64,000 nt of DNA from Geosiphon pyriformis uo1. Taxonomy: Eukaryota > Fungi > Glomeromycota. Both the position numbers and the translations under genes were made by a program. Of the stretch, positions 25,355 through 38,906 are shown one piece after another. Where the stretch lies: NCBI GenBank assembly GCA_016748015.1, contig JAAOMT010000303.1, forward strand, positions 620,001 to 684,000, written 5' to 3'. Each line of letters begins with the position of its first letter. Within the stretch, counting starts at the first letter, position 1. The notes beneath the pieces are model-generated. The model was not told the origin of the DNA. It did no database searches and saw nothing but the letters and a program-made list of their open reading frames with translations.

Positions 25355-27822
25355 GTATGAGTGATTATTCATACCTGCCACAAAAATCAGAAAAATACTT
25401 TGAAGCACACAACAAAAACAACCTAGATTTTATTGAACTCAATCTTTTGCCTTTTTATTTGATTTGCTTCCCCATTAAAAAACAATCTAATAGACAATTC
25501 TAAGACTTTTGGAACTGGTTCCTAAATGAGCATTCAACTAAAACCTACACAGCCTATACAACTTTGACCAAGCTTATTTTAAAGACAACTTTGAAGAAAA
25601 AAACAACAGCATCAATCAGTTTTTAAATTCCACAACTTTTGAACAACAGTTCCTTAATTTCTAATACCTGAATTACCAAATTCATATTTGAATTGCTGCC
25701 CACTAGTTACTTGAAACTCCATTTAAAACAGAAGAAGAAAGCTATTAAACTGTTCTTGTTTTTAATATTTTTTTAAATAAATTAGAACATTCTATCCAAA
25801 CAGCTACTTCTAAACCAATGGTTAATAACCCTATACAAGCAAATATTCTGACTGTTCTTTAGGATATACAAACTGCTTTAGGATGAAGAAACAACACTCC
25901 ATTACTATTACTCAAAGGTAATGCCAAGATCTAATTGAATGGTTGAATAACTTTAAAAAAGCTGCTACAACCAACCAATATAACAATAAATACAAGTTCT
26001 AAATCATTAGTAAATATCTTCAAAGCTTTCCTGCTACCTAGTTCTCACAAAAAACCAATGCCAATATCTAGCAAAGAATTATCAAATGAACACCAGCAAA
26101 TGCTGAAGAAGACAACACTTTTTTTACTATCAAGTTTGAAAACAAATTTAAAACTTCAATATTAATATCCAAATAGTACATAGAATTAAAAAAAAACTCA
26201 AGGCCTAGGAAAATTATGTTAAAGCAATAAGAAAGCTAATCAAACATGTAGACTTTGAAAAAAATTGAACAGAAAAGCAAAAGATTTATTCTTTTACAAA
26301 AAAATTGAGAACTGATTTTTCCTCTGCTTTTTGGCCCCTTTTGGCTCTAAAAAATAATCTCACAATAGATATGGCTATTGAACTTGTTCAGAAAATAGAA
26401 GACAATCAAAGAATACACCTAGAGTTCACATTTCTAGTTTTTGCTTCTGCTTTTGTTATGGCTTCTGTTTTTCAAATGACCACTATTTCTTTTGCTGCTC
26501 AAACTTTAGACTCAAATAAATAGTTAATAGATAGATTTACAGCTAATTTTGCCCAATTACTAGAACTCTTAGCCCAAGCAGTCAGAGATAACTAGCAACC
26601 ACAAAGACCCAGATTTGAACTCTGTTTTAATTAGTCCCAGCAATTCTCTTATTAAAGACAACAAAATCATAACCCACCTATGTGTTATTGCTGTGAATTA
26701 ACTGGACATTTCTCCAGAGATTACAACAATTCTCCTCTGCCTCTTTTAGCTCTTAGAAATAATGATAACCAGAACAACAAAACCAACAACAACCATGTCC
26801 TCAATCAAAATCTAATCATGCCAACATCAATTTTTTTGGAGAAAATTTTTTAGTTAAAGCTACTGTTTATTAGCCTTTAAACTGATAAATGTATCTTCAA
26901 AGAGTGAGAGTACAAGCCAACCAGAAAAAAATTCTTTTTTTGCTTTTAACCTAACTAATAATGACCATAACATAAATAAACTAGCAATTAAAACCTCTAA
27001 ATTAATAAGAAAGAAGAAGAAAACCAAGATTGATTTTGTTTTGGACCCAAACAAAGCATTTACATTAATTGCTAATAACAATAAACCACCAAAGACTAAA
27101 GTTTTTAAAAATTCTCCAAAGTTAGAACCCCCAAAAATAGTACAAAAATCTGATCTCTATTCTGTTGTCAAAGATCTTATGGAAACCCCAGCTCATATTA
27201 TTTTTGGCCAATTAATAATTCATTCATAATTCAAAAAAAATTTTCACAAATTTCTGATTCTAAAGAAAAAGACACCAAAGACCAATAAGCATTTTTGTCA
27301 AGCTGGACTTGCTAACAACAGCAATATTACCTCTCTTATTTGCAAAGCCCAAGTGGCTAGTTATTTTATTGACTTGATTTTAAACAGTGAATTATCTGTA
27401 AGTGTTATTGCCAAACACTTTTTGGAAGCCATTGGAAAAAAGATTAATAAATTTTCTATCTGGTCTATGACCAATATACATGATAACAAGAAAAAAGGCC
27501 TGGACATAGCCAAAACTGTTTCTGTTTACATCAATGGCATCAACATTAAAACTTATATGGAAGTTTCTGAAGTCAAAGAGTACATCATAATTTTTGGCAA
27601 TGAATGGCTCAAAACAGCAAAAGCCTTGCTTGATTATAAACTTTGTAAACTAACCATCAGATGTGATGAAAAACCTATTGTGATTAAGTGTTGTTATTAG
27701 ACAACTCCCCCAGTATCCAAGCAGAATTAAAAAGATGAGCAATCAAATAAATCAAATAATAAAGAGAGTAATAAAGAAGATCAAAAAAAACAAAAAAAAA
27801 CTGCTGAATTTGCCTATACTAT
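25355..27822 (+). mobile_element. Family A fragment E: gag and protease, no LTR, truncated at both ends by other copies
   Basis: Begins at the gag ATG. Track ORFs 26305..26523, 27041..27229 and 27353..27700 match gag/protease of the other copies. Confidence 0.88.
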
Positions 27823-28311
27823 TATTACGAGTTAAAGTAATAAGTTAATAGATAACAAGGAAGAACAGAATTGTAAGATGATAGAAATAATCAAAGAGAG
27901 AATTACAATAAAGAAGCAAATTGAATAAGTAAAGATTTAATATGCATAATCAGTCTCATAAAAATTACAGTTGTAAATCTTTTCTGAAAATTTGAAGATA
28001 GAAGAATAGTCCATGATTATAAATAAGTTAACATTGTTGATATTATTCTATGTTTTAACTTGGCAATTCTTAGAATCAATAACAAATATCATTGTGCTTT
28101 TCAATTATTTCTTTATTTAATAAATCACAAGAACAAGCAATTACTTCTTAAACTAATTCTAACAAATACAAATCAAAAAGAAAAAAAAATAAGATATGTA
28201 AATGCCAACAAGTAATCTTGTATCTCAAGATGTTCAGATACTTGAAGATAGAATAAGCAATATAAGAGAAAGTAATTGATAATGAGCTTTATTTTATTAC
28301 TTTGATCATGT
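27823..28311 (-). mobile_element. Partial family A LTR, variant A2 (U5 end), interrupted by the next LTR
   Basis: TATTACGAGTT (from TGTTACGGGTT) terminus. The internal sequence matches the reverse complement of ~38410-38906. Confidence 0.82.
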
Positions 28312-28454
28312 TGTTATGGGTTGGAGTAACAAGCTAATAGATAACAAAAGAGAACAAGATTGTAAAGTAATAAAAGAAATCAAAGAGAATTCAACTTCAA
28401 AAAGTGAATTAAATAAGTATGGATTCAATGTGTAAGATCAGTTTTATAAAATAT
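28312..28454 (-). mobile_element. Partial family A LTR (143 bp of the U5 end), interrupted by element F
   Basis: TGTTATGGGTTGGAGTAACAAGC terminus; stops at ATAT 28451-28454. Confidence 0.85.
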
Positions 28455-29231
28455 TGTTATAGTTAAAATCTATATTTTTTATTAATTATTACATGTATTA
28501 GTCACTAATGTTATATAATTAGCCATTATATTTTTAAATAGTGATTATTAAACTGACTATTGACCTGATTATTAACCTGATTATTGACTTGATTAATGAT
28601 CTGATCATTGATCTGATCATTGGCCTAGTCATTAACTTAATTATTGACTATTTTTGATAGCTATATAAGTAATGAATCTCTTAGCTGTAAAAAAGCATGT
28701 AAGAATCAAAGAAAAAAAAGAAATAAAATAACAACTTTATTTCAATTTTTCTCTTATCACTAAATTCTCTTTTCTTACTTTCAAGTATCTGAACATTTTA
28801 GGATAAAAGATTACTTGTTGGCATTTACCTACCTTTTTTCTGAAATGTGTAATTGTAGCATTTGAAAATTATTAAATAAAATGTAACTGAAGAATATATC
28901 TAATATCTGATATTGAATTCTAAGAGCACCAATGTGAAGCATAGAATTATACCAGTGTGTGATCATTTGTTGACAGTACAGACTATTTTTCTACCTTTAG
29001 ATTCCCTGATTATCTTTTGAAAGTATAGCAACTGAGATATTTTATGAGACTGATCTCACACATTGAATCCATACTCATTTAATTTGTTCTTTAAAGTTGA
29101 ATTCTCTTTGATTTCTTTTATCATCCTATAATCCTGTTCTCCTTTGCTATCTATTAGCTTGTTACTCTAACCCATAACATAAAAGTAGTGCTTTCTGTAA
29201 GATTGTCAAAATCTACTTTGTTTCCTATTGT

Positions 29232-32200
29232 ATGAATGATTATTTATACTTGCCACAACAATTAGAAAAACACTTTAAAGCACACAACAAAAATAATTTA
29301 GACTTTATTGAACTCAATCTTTTATCCTTCTGCTTGATTTGCTTCCCCATTGAAAAACAATCCAGTAAACAATTTCAAAACTTTTGGAACTGGTTCCTGA
29401 ATGAGCATTTAGCTGAAACTTATACAGCTTATACAACCTATTACTTTGACCAAGCTTATCTTGAAGACAACTTTGAAAAAAAAACCAACAGTATCAATTA
29501 ACTTTAATATTCCACAATCTTTAAACAACAGCCTCCTAATTCTGAATACTTAAATTACCAAATTCATATTTGAATTGCTATTTATTAGCTAGCTAAAACA
29601 CCCTTTGAAACAGAAAAAGAAAGCTATCAAACTGCTTCTGTTTTTAATTTTTTCTCAAGTAAATCAGAACATTTTACACAAACAGTTACTTCTGAACTAA
29701 TAGCTCAAGATCTTATACAACAAAACATTCTGGTCACCTTCCAAGGCATACAAATTGCTTTAGGATGAAGAAACAATACCCCATTATTATTATTCAGAAG
29801 TGATGTCCAAAATCTAATTGAATAATTGGATGACTTTAAATGAGCTGCTACAGCCAACCAATATGATAATAAATACAAGTTTCAAATCATTGGTGGCTAC
29901 TTTCAGAGCTCTTCTGCTACTTGGTTTTCACAAGAAACCAATGTCAATGCTTAGCAAAGAATTATTAGATAAACACTGACAAATGCTAAAGAAAATAACA
30001 TCTTTTTTACTATCCAGTTTGAAATAAAATTTAGAACTCTTATCTTGATATCCAAATAACATATGGAATTAGAAAAAAGAACTCAAGATTCTGGTAAAGT
30101 TGTGACTGAATATGCCAAAGTCATTAGAAAACTAATCAAATAAGTAGACTCTGAAAGTAACTGGACAGAAAAACAGAAAATTCACTCCTTTACAAAAAGA
30201 TTAAGAACTGATTTTTTATATGCTCTTTGGCCTTTTCTGGTCCTGAAAGACAATCTCACAATGAACATGACCATTAAACTTGCTCAATGAATTAAAGATA
30301 ACCAAAGGATGTACTTAAAATCCACATTACTGGTTTTTGCTCCTGTTCTTATTATGGTCTTTACTTCTCAAATAGCTGCTATCTCTTTTGCTGCCCAAAC
30401 TCAAGACTCCAATGAACAGTTAATAGATAGACTTACAGCAAATTTTGCTTAGCTATTAGAACCATTAGCCCAAGCAGTTAGAAACAACCAACAACCACAA
30501 AGACTTAGATTTGAATCATGTTTCAATCAGTCTCAGCAGCCCCTTTACCAAAGACAACAAAATTGTGGCCCACCTGTGTGCTACCATTGTAAATTAACTG
30601 AACATTTCTCAAAAAATTGCAACAATTCTTCTTTGCTATCTCTAGCTCTTAGAAATAATGATAATCAAAACAACAGAACTATTAACAATAATGTCCCCAA
30701 TCAAAGACCCAATTATGCCAACATCAATTTCTTTGGAGAGAATCTCCTAGTTGAAGCTACTGTTTATTAGTCTTTAAACTGGTAGGTGCACTTCCAAAGA
30801 GTAAAAGTGCAAGCCAACCAGAAGAAAACTCTTTTTATGCTTTTAACTTAACTAATAATGACTATGATATGAATGAACTAGCAATCAACACCTCTGAATC
30901 AACAAAAAAGAAGAAGAAAGCCAAGATTGATTTCATTCTAAACTCAAACAAAGCATCTAAATTAACTGTTGATAACAATAAGCCACCAAAGACTAGTTTT
31001 TAAAAATCTTCCAAAGTTAGAACTCTCAGAAATAGTACAAAAATTTGGATTTTATTCTGTTGTTAAAGATCTTATGGAAACCCTAGCACACATTACATTT
31101 GGCCAACTAATGACTCATTTACAGTTTAGAAAAAACTTTCACAAATCATTGATTTTAAAGAAGAAAACACCAAAAACTAATAAGCACCCTTGCCAAGTTA
31201 GACTTGCTAACAACAATAATATTATCCTCCTCATTTGCAAAGCCCAAGTAGCTGGTTATTTTATTGACTTGATTCTAAACAGTAGATCATCTGTCAATGT
31301 AATTGCCAAACACTTTTTGGAAGGCATTAGATAAACTTTCTATCTGGCCTATAACCAATATACATGATAACAAAAAGAAAGGTCTGGGCATAGCTAAAGC
31401 TATTTTTGTTTACATCAATGACATTAACATTGAAACTAACATGAAAGTATTTGAAGCAAAAGAGTATACTATCATTGTTGGTAATGAGTGGCTCAAGAAA
31501 GCCAAAGTACTACTTAACTATGAACTTTGTGAACTAACTATCAGATGTGGTAAGAAACCTATTGTGGTTAAGTACTGTTATTGGATAACTTCTCTAGTAA
31601 CCAAACAGAACCAAAAAGAAGAACAATTAGATGAATCAGATGATAATGAGAGTAATGATGATGAAAATCAAGAAAAACAAAAAAAAACTGCTGAACTCGC
31701 CTATATCATCTTCACTAGCAATGGCAAGCCATTGAATAATGTTAAAGCTAACAAAAAAAGAATCATGGTAAATGACAAGCTAATCTGCTGGCCCAACTAT
31801 GATATTTTCAGAAGAACTTTTAATAAAAAGCCTGGCAAAAAAGCCAAATACAGCTATTGGTAATATGATCTTTGTGTCAGATGCTAGTACAATAAACCTT
31901 TGTATTCTTCTAGTAATGAATGCAAGTTCTGTCTGATCTATTACAAAGATTAAAAGCCAATTAGTTTAATACTCAGAAAAAAACCAAAAAAAGTACAAAA
32001 GTCTTTTGAGAATGAACCATCTGAAATCCAATCACTAGTTGTAAAACAAAGAGAACCTTCTTCTGAAGAAAAAAAAATAGACATTGAAAATCTGTTAATT
32101 AGAAATAGCCCAGTTATCTCAAAAGAAGGTAACACTTCTAGACAAATCCATGTGATACAACATACCATCACCACTAAAGAAATTTGTTCCATCTATTTAA

Positions 32201-34787
32201 AGTCTTATTAATCCAATTAACACAATAATGAGTTTATCAAGAAAGAAATAAACCAGATAAAAGATCTTGAATTCATACAAAAAACCAAGAGTGAATGGGC
32301 TTTTCCAGTTGTAGTAGTATCCAAAAAAGGTGAAACCCTATGTTTCTGTGTTGACTATTGCCAATTAAATGCCATCACTATAAGAGACATATATCCACTC
32401 TCCAAAATTGATGCAATATTAGATAAATTTAATGGTGCTGCTTTTTTTTCAATCATTAACTTAACTGCTGAATTCTGGCAAGTAAAAAAACTGCTTTCAT
32501 TATCAAGTATGGTACCTATGAATTCATGGTCATGTTTTTTGGTCTTACTAATGCTCTTTTTACCTTTTAATACCTAATAGACAAAGTATTTAAATCAGTA
32601 AAAAAAAACTTTGTTCTAATCTACTTAGACAACATAATGGTCTACTCAAAAACCTGAGATAAACACCTTGAACATTTGCAGAAGATTTTTGACTTGCTCA
32701 GAAATGCTGGTCTTAAGATCAACTCAATCAAATCTTTTTTTGGATGCCAATTCACCCAGTTTCTTGGTCATTTTATTACAAAAAATGGAATCTTTCCTGA
32801 CCCAGCTAAAGTTGAAAAAGTTCAAAACATTAGACAACCAATAAACATTCATGAACTATGCTCTTTCTTTGGTTTGGCTTCTTATTATCACAAATTTATT
32901 AAGGATTTCTTTAAAATCGCTTTTTTTTTCAATCAGCTACTCAGAAAAAATGTCAATTATTACTAAGACACTTATCAACAAAAAGCTTTTGAAATTCTGA
33001 AGAAAAAACTTGTTACTGAACCAATTCTTAAGCAACTTAATCTGGACCAATTTTTTATTCTCCATACTGATATATTTGGCTATAGACTTGGTGCTGTCTT
33101 TTTACAAAAAAATAAAGATGGCAGGAAACATGCTATAGCATATACCAATAGATTCTTTATACCAGCAAAAAAGAACTATTTAGTAATTGAACAAGAATGC
33201 TTAGCAATAGTTTGGGCTACTAGTTATTGGGATTAATATCTTTTTGGTGTAAAATTCATAGTAATAACAGATCATCAAGCCTTGGTTTAGCTGCACAATA
33301 AAAAAAAGCTGGAACACAAACAAATAACTCACTGAATACTGCATTTAGATGAATTCAACTATGATATTCAACACCACAAAGAAGCAAATCATTAAAACAC
33401 TAATGTTTTCTCTAAACTTATTATTTAATCACAGTACAAGCTTCTTAAACCAAACCAACTTAATTATTAATAATTCCTCTTTTAAAAAACACAATAATGA
33501 ACTTGAACAACTACTCTGTCTTAATAGAATTTTTGGGTAAAGAACAATACCTACCAGAATACACTTGACAGCAAAGAGAACATTTGCATAAACAATCAAA
33601 TTTCTATTTGATCTGCCAAAACCAATTATATAAAAGAAACAGAAATGATCCTAACCATCTCTAAAAAGTTATTAGGTTTGAAGAAAAAGAAATTGTGATC
33701 TACAATATGCACACTAATCTATTAGTTGAACACTTTAAAAAAACAAAAACAATTTAAAAAACTTTAGCTTACTATTATTGACCTATTTTGGGAAAAAATA
33801 TTAATGAGTACATAAAAACCTGTGACATCTGTTAAAGAAAAAACAAACCCAATCACAAAGAAAATATCTATTTAATTTCTGTTGGTTAGCTATTTGACAA
33901 AATTGGTATAGATATTGTTAGATCTTTAATAATAACTCTTAATAGCAATAAATACATTATTATAGCTATCAACTATCTTACAAAGTGAGTAAAAGCAAGA
34001 ACTACTTCAGACCAAACAGCAGTCTTAATAGCCAATTTCATTTATGAAGATATCATCTGTTATTATGGCTGCCCCAAAAAACTTTTATCTAATAAAAAAA
34101 GAGCTTTTCTCAATACACTAGTTAAAGAACTTTGTAGAAAAATGAGAATATGTCATAAACTTTCTTCTTTTTACCACCTTCAAACAAATGGTCTAATAAA
34201 ACATTTCAATAGAATACTATATAAAACTCTAGCCAAAACCAGTAAAAAAACAAATTTATGGGACAAAATACTGCCTTTAGCTTTGTTTGTTTATAAAACT
34301 GTGAATTATGACATAACAAGTTATGAACTTTTTTATTTGCTCTATGGATGTATAGCAATACTATTAATAAAAACTAATATTAAAACAATACCCTTTGAAA
34401 AAATCACAATAGAAAATTATAAAAACATTTTGCAAAAAAAACTTGGTACCATTCTTGACTCCTTAGTAAAAACATAAATAGTTGCTTTTGAAAAAATAAA
34501 ACAGTTTCAAGAAAAGCTCAAGAAGAAAAAAACCTATAAAACACTTTCCTTAAGTGTTGGTAACTTGGTATTGGAATACTGTTTAGACAGAGACAATGTC
34601 TATAATAATAAATTTTTTAGCCAGTGGAAAAGACCCTTTTTAGTCAACAAAGTTTTAAATAATGATTTTTATATTCTTTAATAATCATTCTGTTCATAGT
34701 ACATAACTTAAAAAATATCATAAATGATCTGATTGGTTGCTTATTATGATAATACTGACCCAAATAATTAGCAAAAATTAAGTATAA
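29232..34787 (+). pseudogene. gag-pol of copy F
   Basis: Intact knuckle CYHCKLTEHFSKNC (ORF 30576..30770), TTTAAAC at 30773, protease, RT (32676..32966), integrase (34142..34477). Confidence 0.92.
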
Positions 34788-34828
34788 ATAAATACATTAT
34801 TCCCAAAACAGAGGTATTTTCAATCAAC

Positions 34829-35484
34829 ATAAACAATTATTTTCTGGATCAAAACATTTAAAATACCTTTTATACTCTCCATAAGTATTGGATTAAAAAC
34901 TATCTAAATGCTACTTTGACCATTAGAAAACAAACTACAATAACTAATAACAATGGAACACATACTGTTATTAGACCAAAAAAACCATTACTAAAAGAGA
35001 AAAAATTGGTAGCAAAATAGATAAATATCTGTTAGAAAGTATAATAGCAGCTATACTCTCATTTTTTAGCACAATTGGAAAAACAATCCAAGAAATCTTG
35101 CCTATAGACAAAAATTTGTCATATGGAAAACAATTAGAACTTTATGGTTGTCTTAGAAAAATTATAAAGAATATAAAACTTATAAAAAAAACTCCTTCAG
35201 AGATACAAACAAAAATTTTGGACATTATATAATTAGATGTCTCAAGAGTTTTAACTATTGCTAAAAAAGCCAAAACTCTAATACAAAGATTTGGTTTTTT
35301 GAATACAAAACTTATTTTGTCTCAAGTATTATATATCTTATTCACAAAAAATTTTAATAAACTAGTTAGCTTTAAGTTAGATAAAACTCTTCAAATAGAT
35401 TACACCATGAATAGCTTGATTTTACCAGAGCTTAATTTCTTTGAAGAAGATAATATTACAGTTAAAACTTATACTTCTTATTAA
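34829..35484 (+). pseudogene. ORF3 of copy F
   Basis: Start codon mutated to ATA. The C-terminus is track ORF 35299..35484, ending inside the LTR. Confidence 0.78.
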
Positions 35485-36144
35485 TTATTATATATATTAA
35501 TTATTGATGTTATATAATTAGCCACTCTATTTTTAGATAGTGATTATTAACTTGACCATTGACCTGATTATTGACCTGATCATTGACTTAATTTTTGACC
35601 TGATCATTAACCACTTTTAATAGCCATATAAACAATGAATCTCTTAACTATAAAAAAACATATAAGAATCAAAAAAAGAAAAGAAATAAAATAACAACTT
35701 TCATCTCAATCATTCTCTTATTGCTAATTTCCCTTTCTCTACCTTCAAGTATCCGAACATCTTGGAATAAAAAATCACTTGTTGGTTATTCCTTACCCTT
35801 TTTCTGAAACATGTAATTGTAGCATTTGAAAATTATTAAATAAAATGTGACTGAAGAGTACATCTGATATTTGATATTGAATTCTAAGAGTATTAACATG
35901 AGGCATAAAATTATACCAGTGTGTAATTATTTGTTGACAATATAGATTATTCTTTTATCTTCAGATTTCCCAATTATTTTTTGAAAAGTATAGTAATTGA
36001 GATATTTTATGATACTGATCTTATATATTGAATCTATATTTATTTAATTTGCTCTTTAAAGTTGAATTCTCTTTGATTTTTTTTATCATCTTATAATTCT
36101 GTTTTCTCTTGCTATCCATTAGCTTGTTATTCTAACTCATAACA

Positions 36145-38906
36145 GTATAATTTCTTAAGCAAACCAACTTAATTATTAATAACTTTTTCACAAACAAACA
36201 CAATAATGAACTTGGGCAATTATTTTGCTTTAATGTAATTTTTGGGTAAAGAACAGTACCCACCAAACTACACTTGACAACAAAGAGAACATTTACACAA
36301 ACAATATAATTTTTATTTGATTTACTAGAACCAACTTTACAAAAGAAATAGAAAAAATTCTGACTGCTCTCAAAGAGTTATTAGATTTAAAAAAAAAATT
36401 TGTGATCTATAACATATACACTAATTTATTAACTGAACACTTTGGAAAAACAAAAACAATTCAGAAAACTTTAGCTTACTATTATTAGCCTAACTTGGAA
36501 AAAAACATTACTAAATACATTAAAATCTGTAATATCTGTCAAATAAGAAACAAATCCAATCAAAAAAAAATATTCATCCAATTTTTGTTGATCAACCATT
36601 TGATAGAATTAGCATTGATGTTGTTGGATCTTTAACAATAACTCCTAATGATAATAGATATATTATTACAGCTACTGACTATCTTATAAAGTGGGTAGAA
36701 ACAAGAGCCACTTCAAACCAAACAGCAGTCTTAATAGTTAATTTCATTTATGAAGATATTATTTGTCATTATGACTGCTTTAAAGAACTTTTATTTAATA
36801 GAGAAAGAGCTTTTTTCAGTATACTAGTTGAAAAACTTTGTAGAAAAATGGGAATATATCATAAACTTTCCTCTCTTTACCATTCTTAAACAAATAGCTT
36901 AGTAGAATATTTTAATAGAATACTATGTGAAACCTTAGCCAAAACCAGTAAAGAAACAAACTTATAAAACAAAATACTGCCTTTAGCTTTGTTTGTTTAT
37001 AGAACTGTGAATCATGACATAACAAGTTATAAACCTTTTTATCTACTTTATAAACACATAACAAAATTACCAATAGAAACTAATATTGAAACAATATCTT
37101 TTAAAAAAATCACAATAAGAAATTATAAAAACATTTTACAAAAAAGACTTGGTACTATTTTTGATTCATTGGTAGAAGCACAAATAATTGTCTTTAAAAA
37201 AATAAAACAGTTCCAAAAAAAGCTTAAAAAAAAAACTTATAAAACACTTTTCTTAAGTATTAGTGACTTAGTATTGGAATATCATTCAGACAAAAACAAT
37301 ATCTATGGTAATAAATTCTCTAACCAATAAAAAGGACCCTTTTTAGTCAACAAAGTTTTGAACAATGGTTCTTATATTTTACAAGATTAATATAGAACAA
37401 TTTTTAATAATTGTTCTGTTTATAGTATGTAATTTAAGAAATATTATAAAAAATCTGATTGGTTGTCTGTTGTAATAATACTAACCCAAATGATTAGCAA
37501 AAATTAAGTATAAATAAATGCATCATTTCTAAAACAGAGAATCAAAACATTCAAAATATTTTTTATACTCTCCATAAGTATTGAATCAAAAATTATTCAA
37601 ATGCTACTCTGACTATTGAAAAACAGACCACCATAATTGATAACAGTAGAATACATACTGTTATTAGACCAAAGAAAACCACTACCAGAAGAGAAAAAAT
37701 TGGTAACAAAATGGATAAATATCTGCTGAAAAACATAATAATAGCAATACTTTTACCTTCTATCACAATTAGAAAAACAAATAAAAAAATCTTACTCATA
37801 GACAAAAACTTGTCATATAAAAGACAACTAGAATTCTATGGTTGTTTTGGTAAAATCATAGAGAATATAAAGCTTATAAAAAAAACAACTTTAGAAATAC
37901 AGATAAAAATTTTGGGTATTATATAATTAAATGTTCTAAGAGTTTTGACTATTGCTAAAAGAGCCAAAACTTTTATACAAAAATTTGGTTTCTTGAATAT
38001 AAAACTTATTTTATCTCAAATATTATATACTTTATTCACAAAAAATTTCAATAAACTAGTTAGTTTTGAGTTAAACAAAACTCTTTAATTAGATTATTCT
38101 ATGAATAACTTGATTTCACTAGAGCTCAATCTTTTTGAAAAAGATGATATTATGATTGAAACTCATATTTTTTATTAGTTATTACATGTATTAGTCATTA
38201 ATGTCATATAATTAACTACTCTATTTTTAGATAATAATTATTGACTTGATTAATGACCTAACTGTTGACCTAATCATTAAGCTAATTATTAACTTGATCA
38301 ATAATCTGATCATTAATCTGATTATTGATTTGATTATTGATCTAGTCATTGATCTGGTCATTAACTACTTTCAATAGCTATATAAACAATAAGTCTCTTA
38401 GCTATAAAAAAACATAATCAAAGTAATAAAATAAAACTCACTATTAATTACTTCTTGTTATATTACTTATTTTCTTTTTTTATCTTTAAGTATCTGAACA
38501 TTTTGGAATAAAAGATTACTTGTTGGTAATCACATACCTTATCTTTTCTCTTTCTTGATTTGTATTGTTAGAATTAGTCTGAGAAGCAATTGCTTGCTCT
38601 TGTAATTTATTAAATAAAGAAACAATTAAAAAACACAACAATATTTGTTATTAATTCTAAAAATTGCCAAGTTGAAACATAAAATAATAGCAGTGATATT
38701 ATCTTGTTAACAATCATGAATTATTTTTCTATCTTCAAATTTCTAAAAAAGATTTGCAACTGTGATTTTTATGAGACTGATCACATATATTGAATCCTTA
38801 CTTATTCAATTTACTCTTATATTGTAATTATTTTTTAATAATTTCTATTATTTTACAATCCTATTCTTCTTTGCTATTTGTTAACTTGTTGCTCCAACCT
38901 GTAACA
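36145..38906 (+). mobile_element. Family A fragment A': integrase, ORF3 and variant-A2 3' LTR (38148-38906); inverted counterpart of copy A
   Basis: Starts at the same nucleotide at which A is cut by D. Track ORFs 36989..37330 (integrase) and 37711..37926 (ORF3). Ends TGTAACA. Confidence 0.88.

Larger units (their letters stand above)
28455..36144 (+). mobile_element. Gypsy family A full-length copy F (LTRs 28455-29179 and 35454-36144)
   Basis: LTR, PBS 29186-29204, gag 29232-30785, pol 30773-34787, ORF3 ~34829-35484, PPT, LTR. The flanks ATAT and GTAT do not match. Confidence 0.9.
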
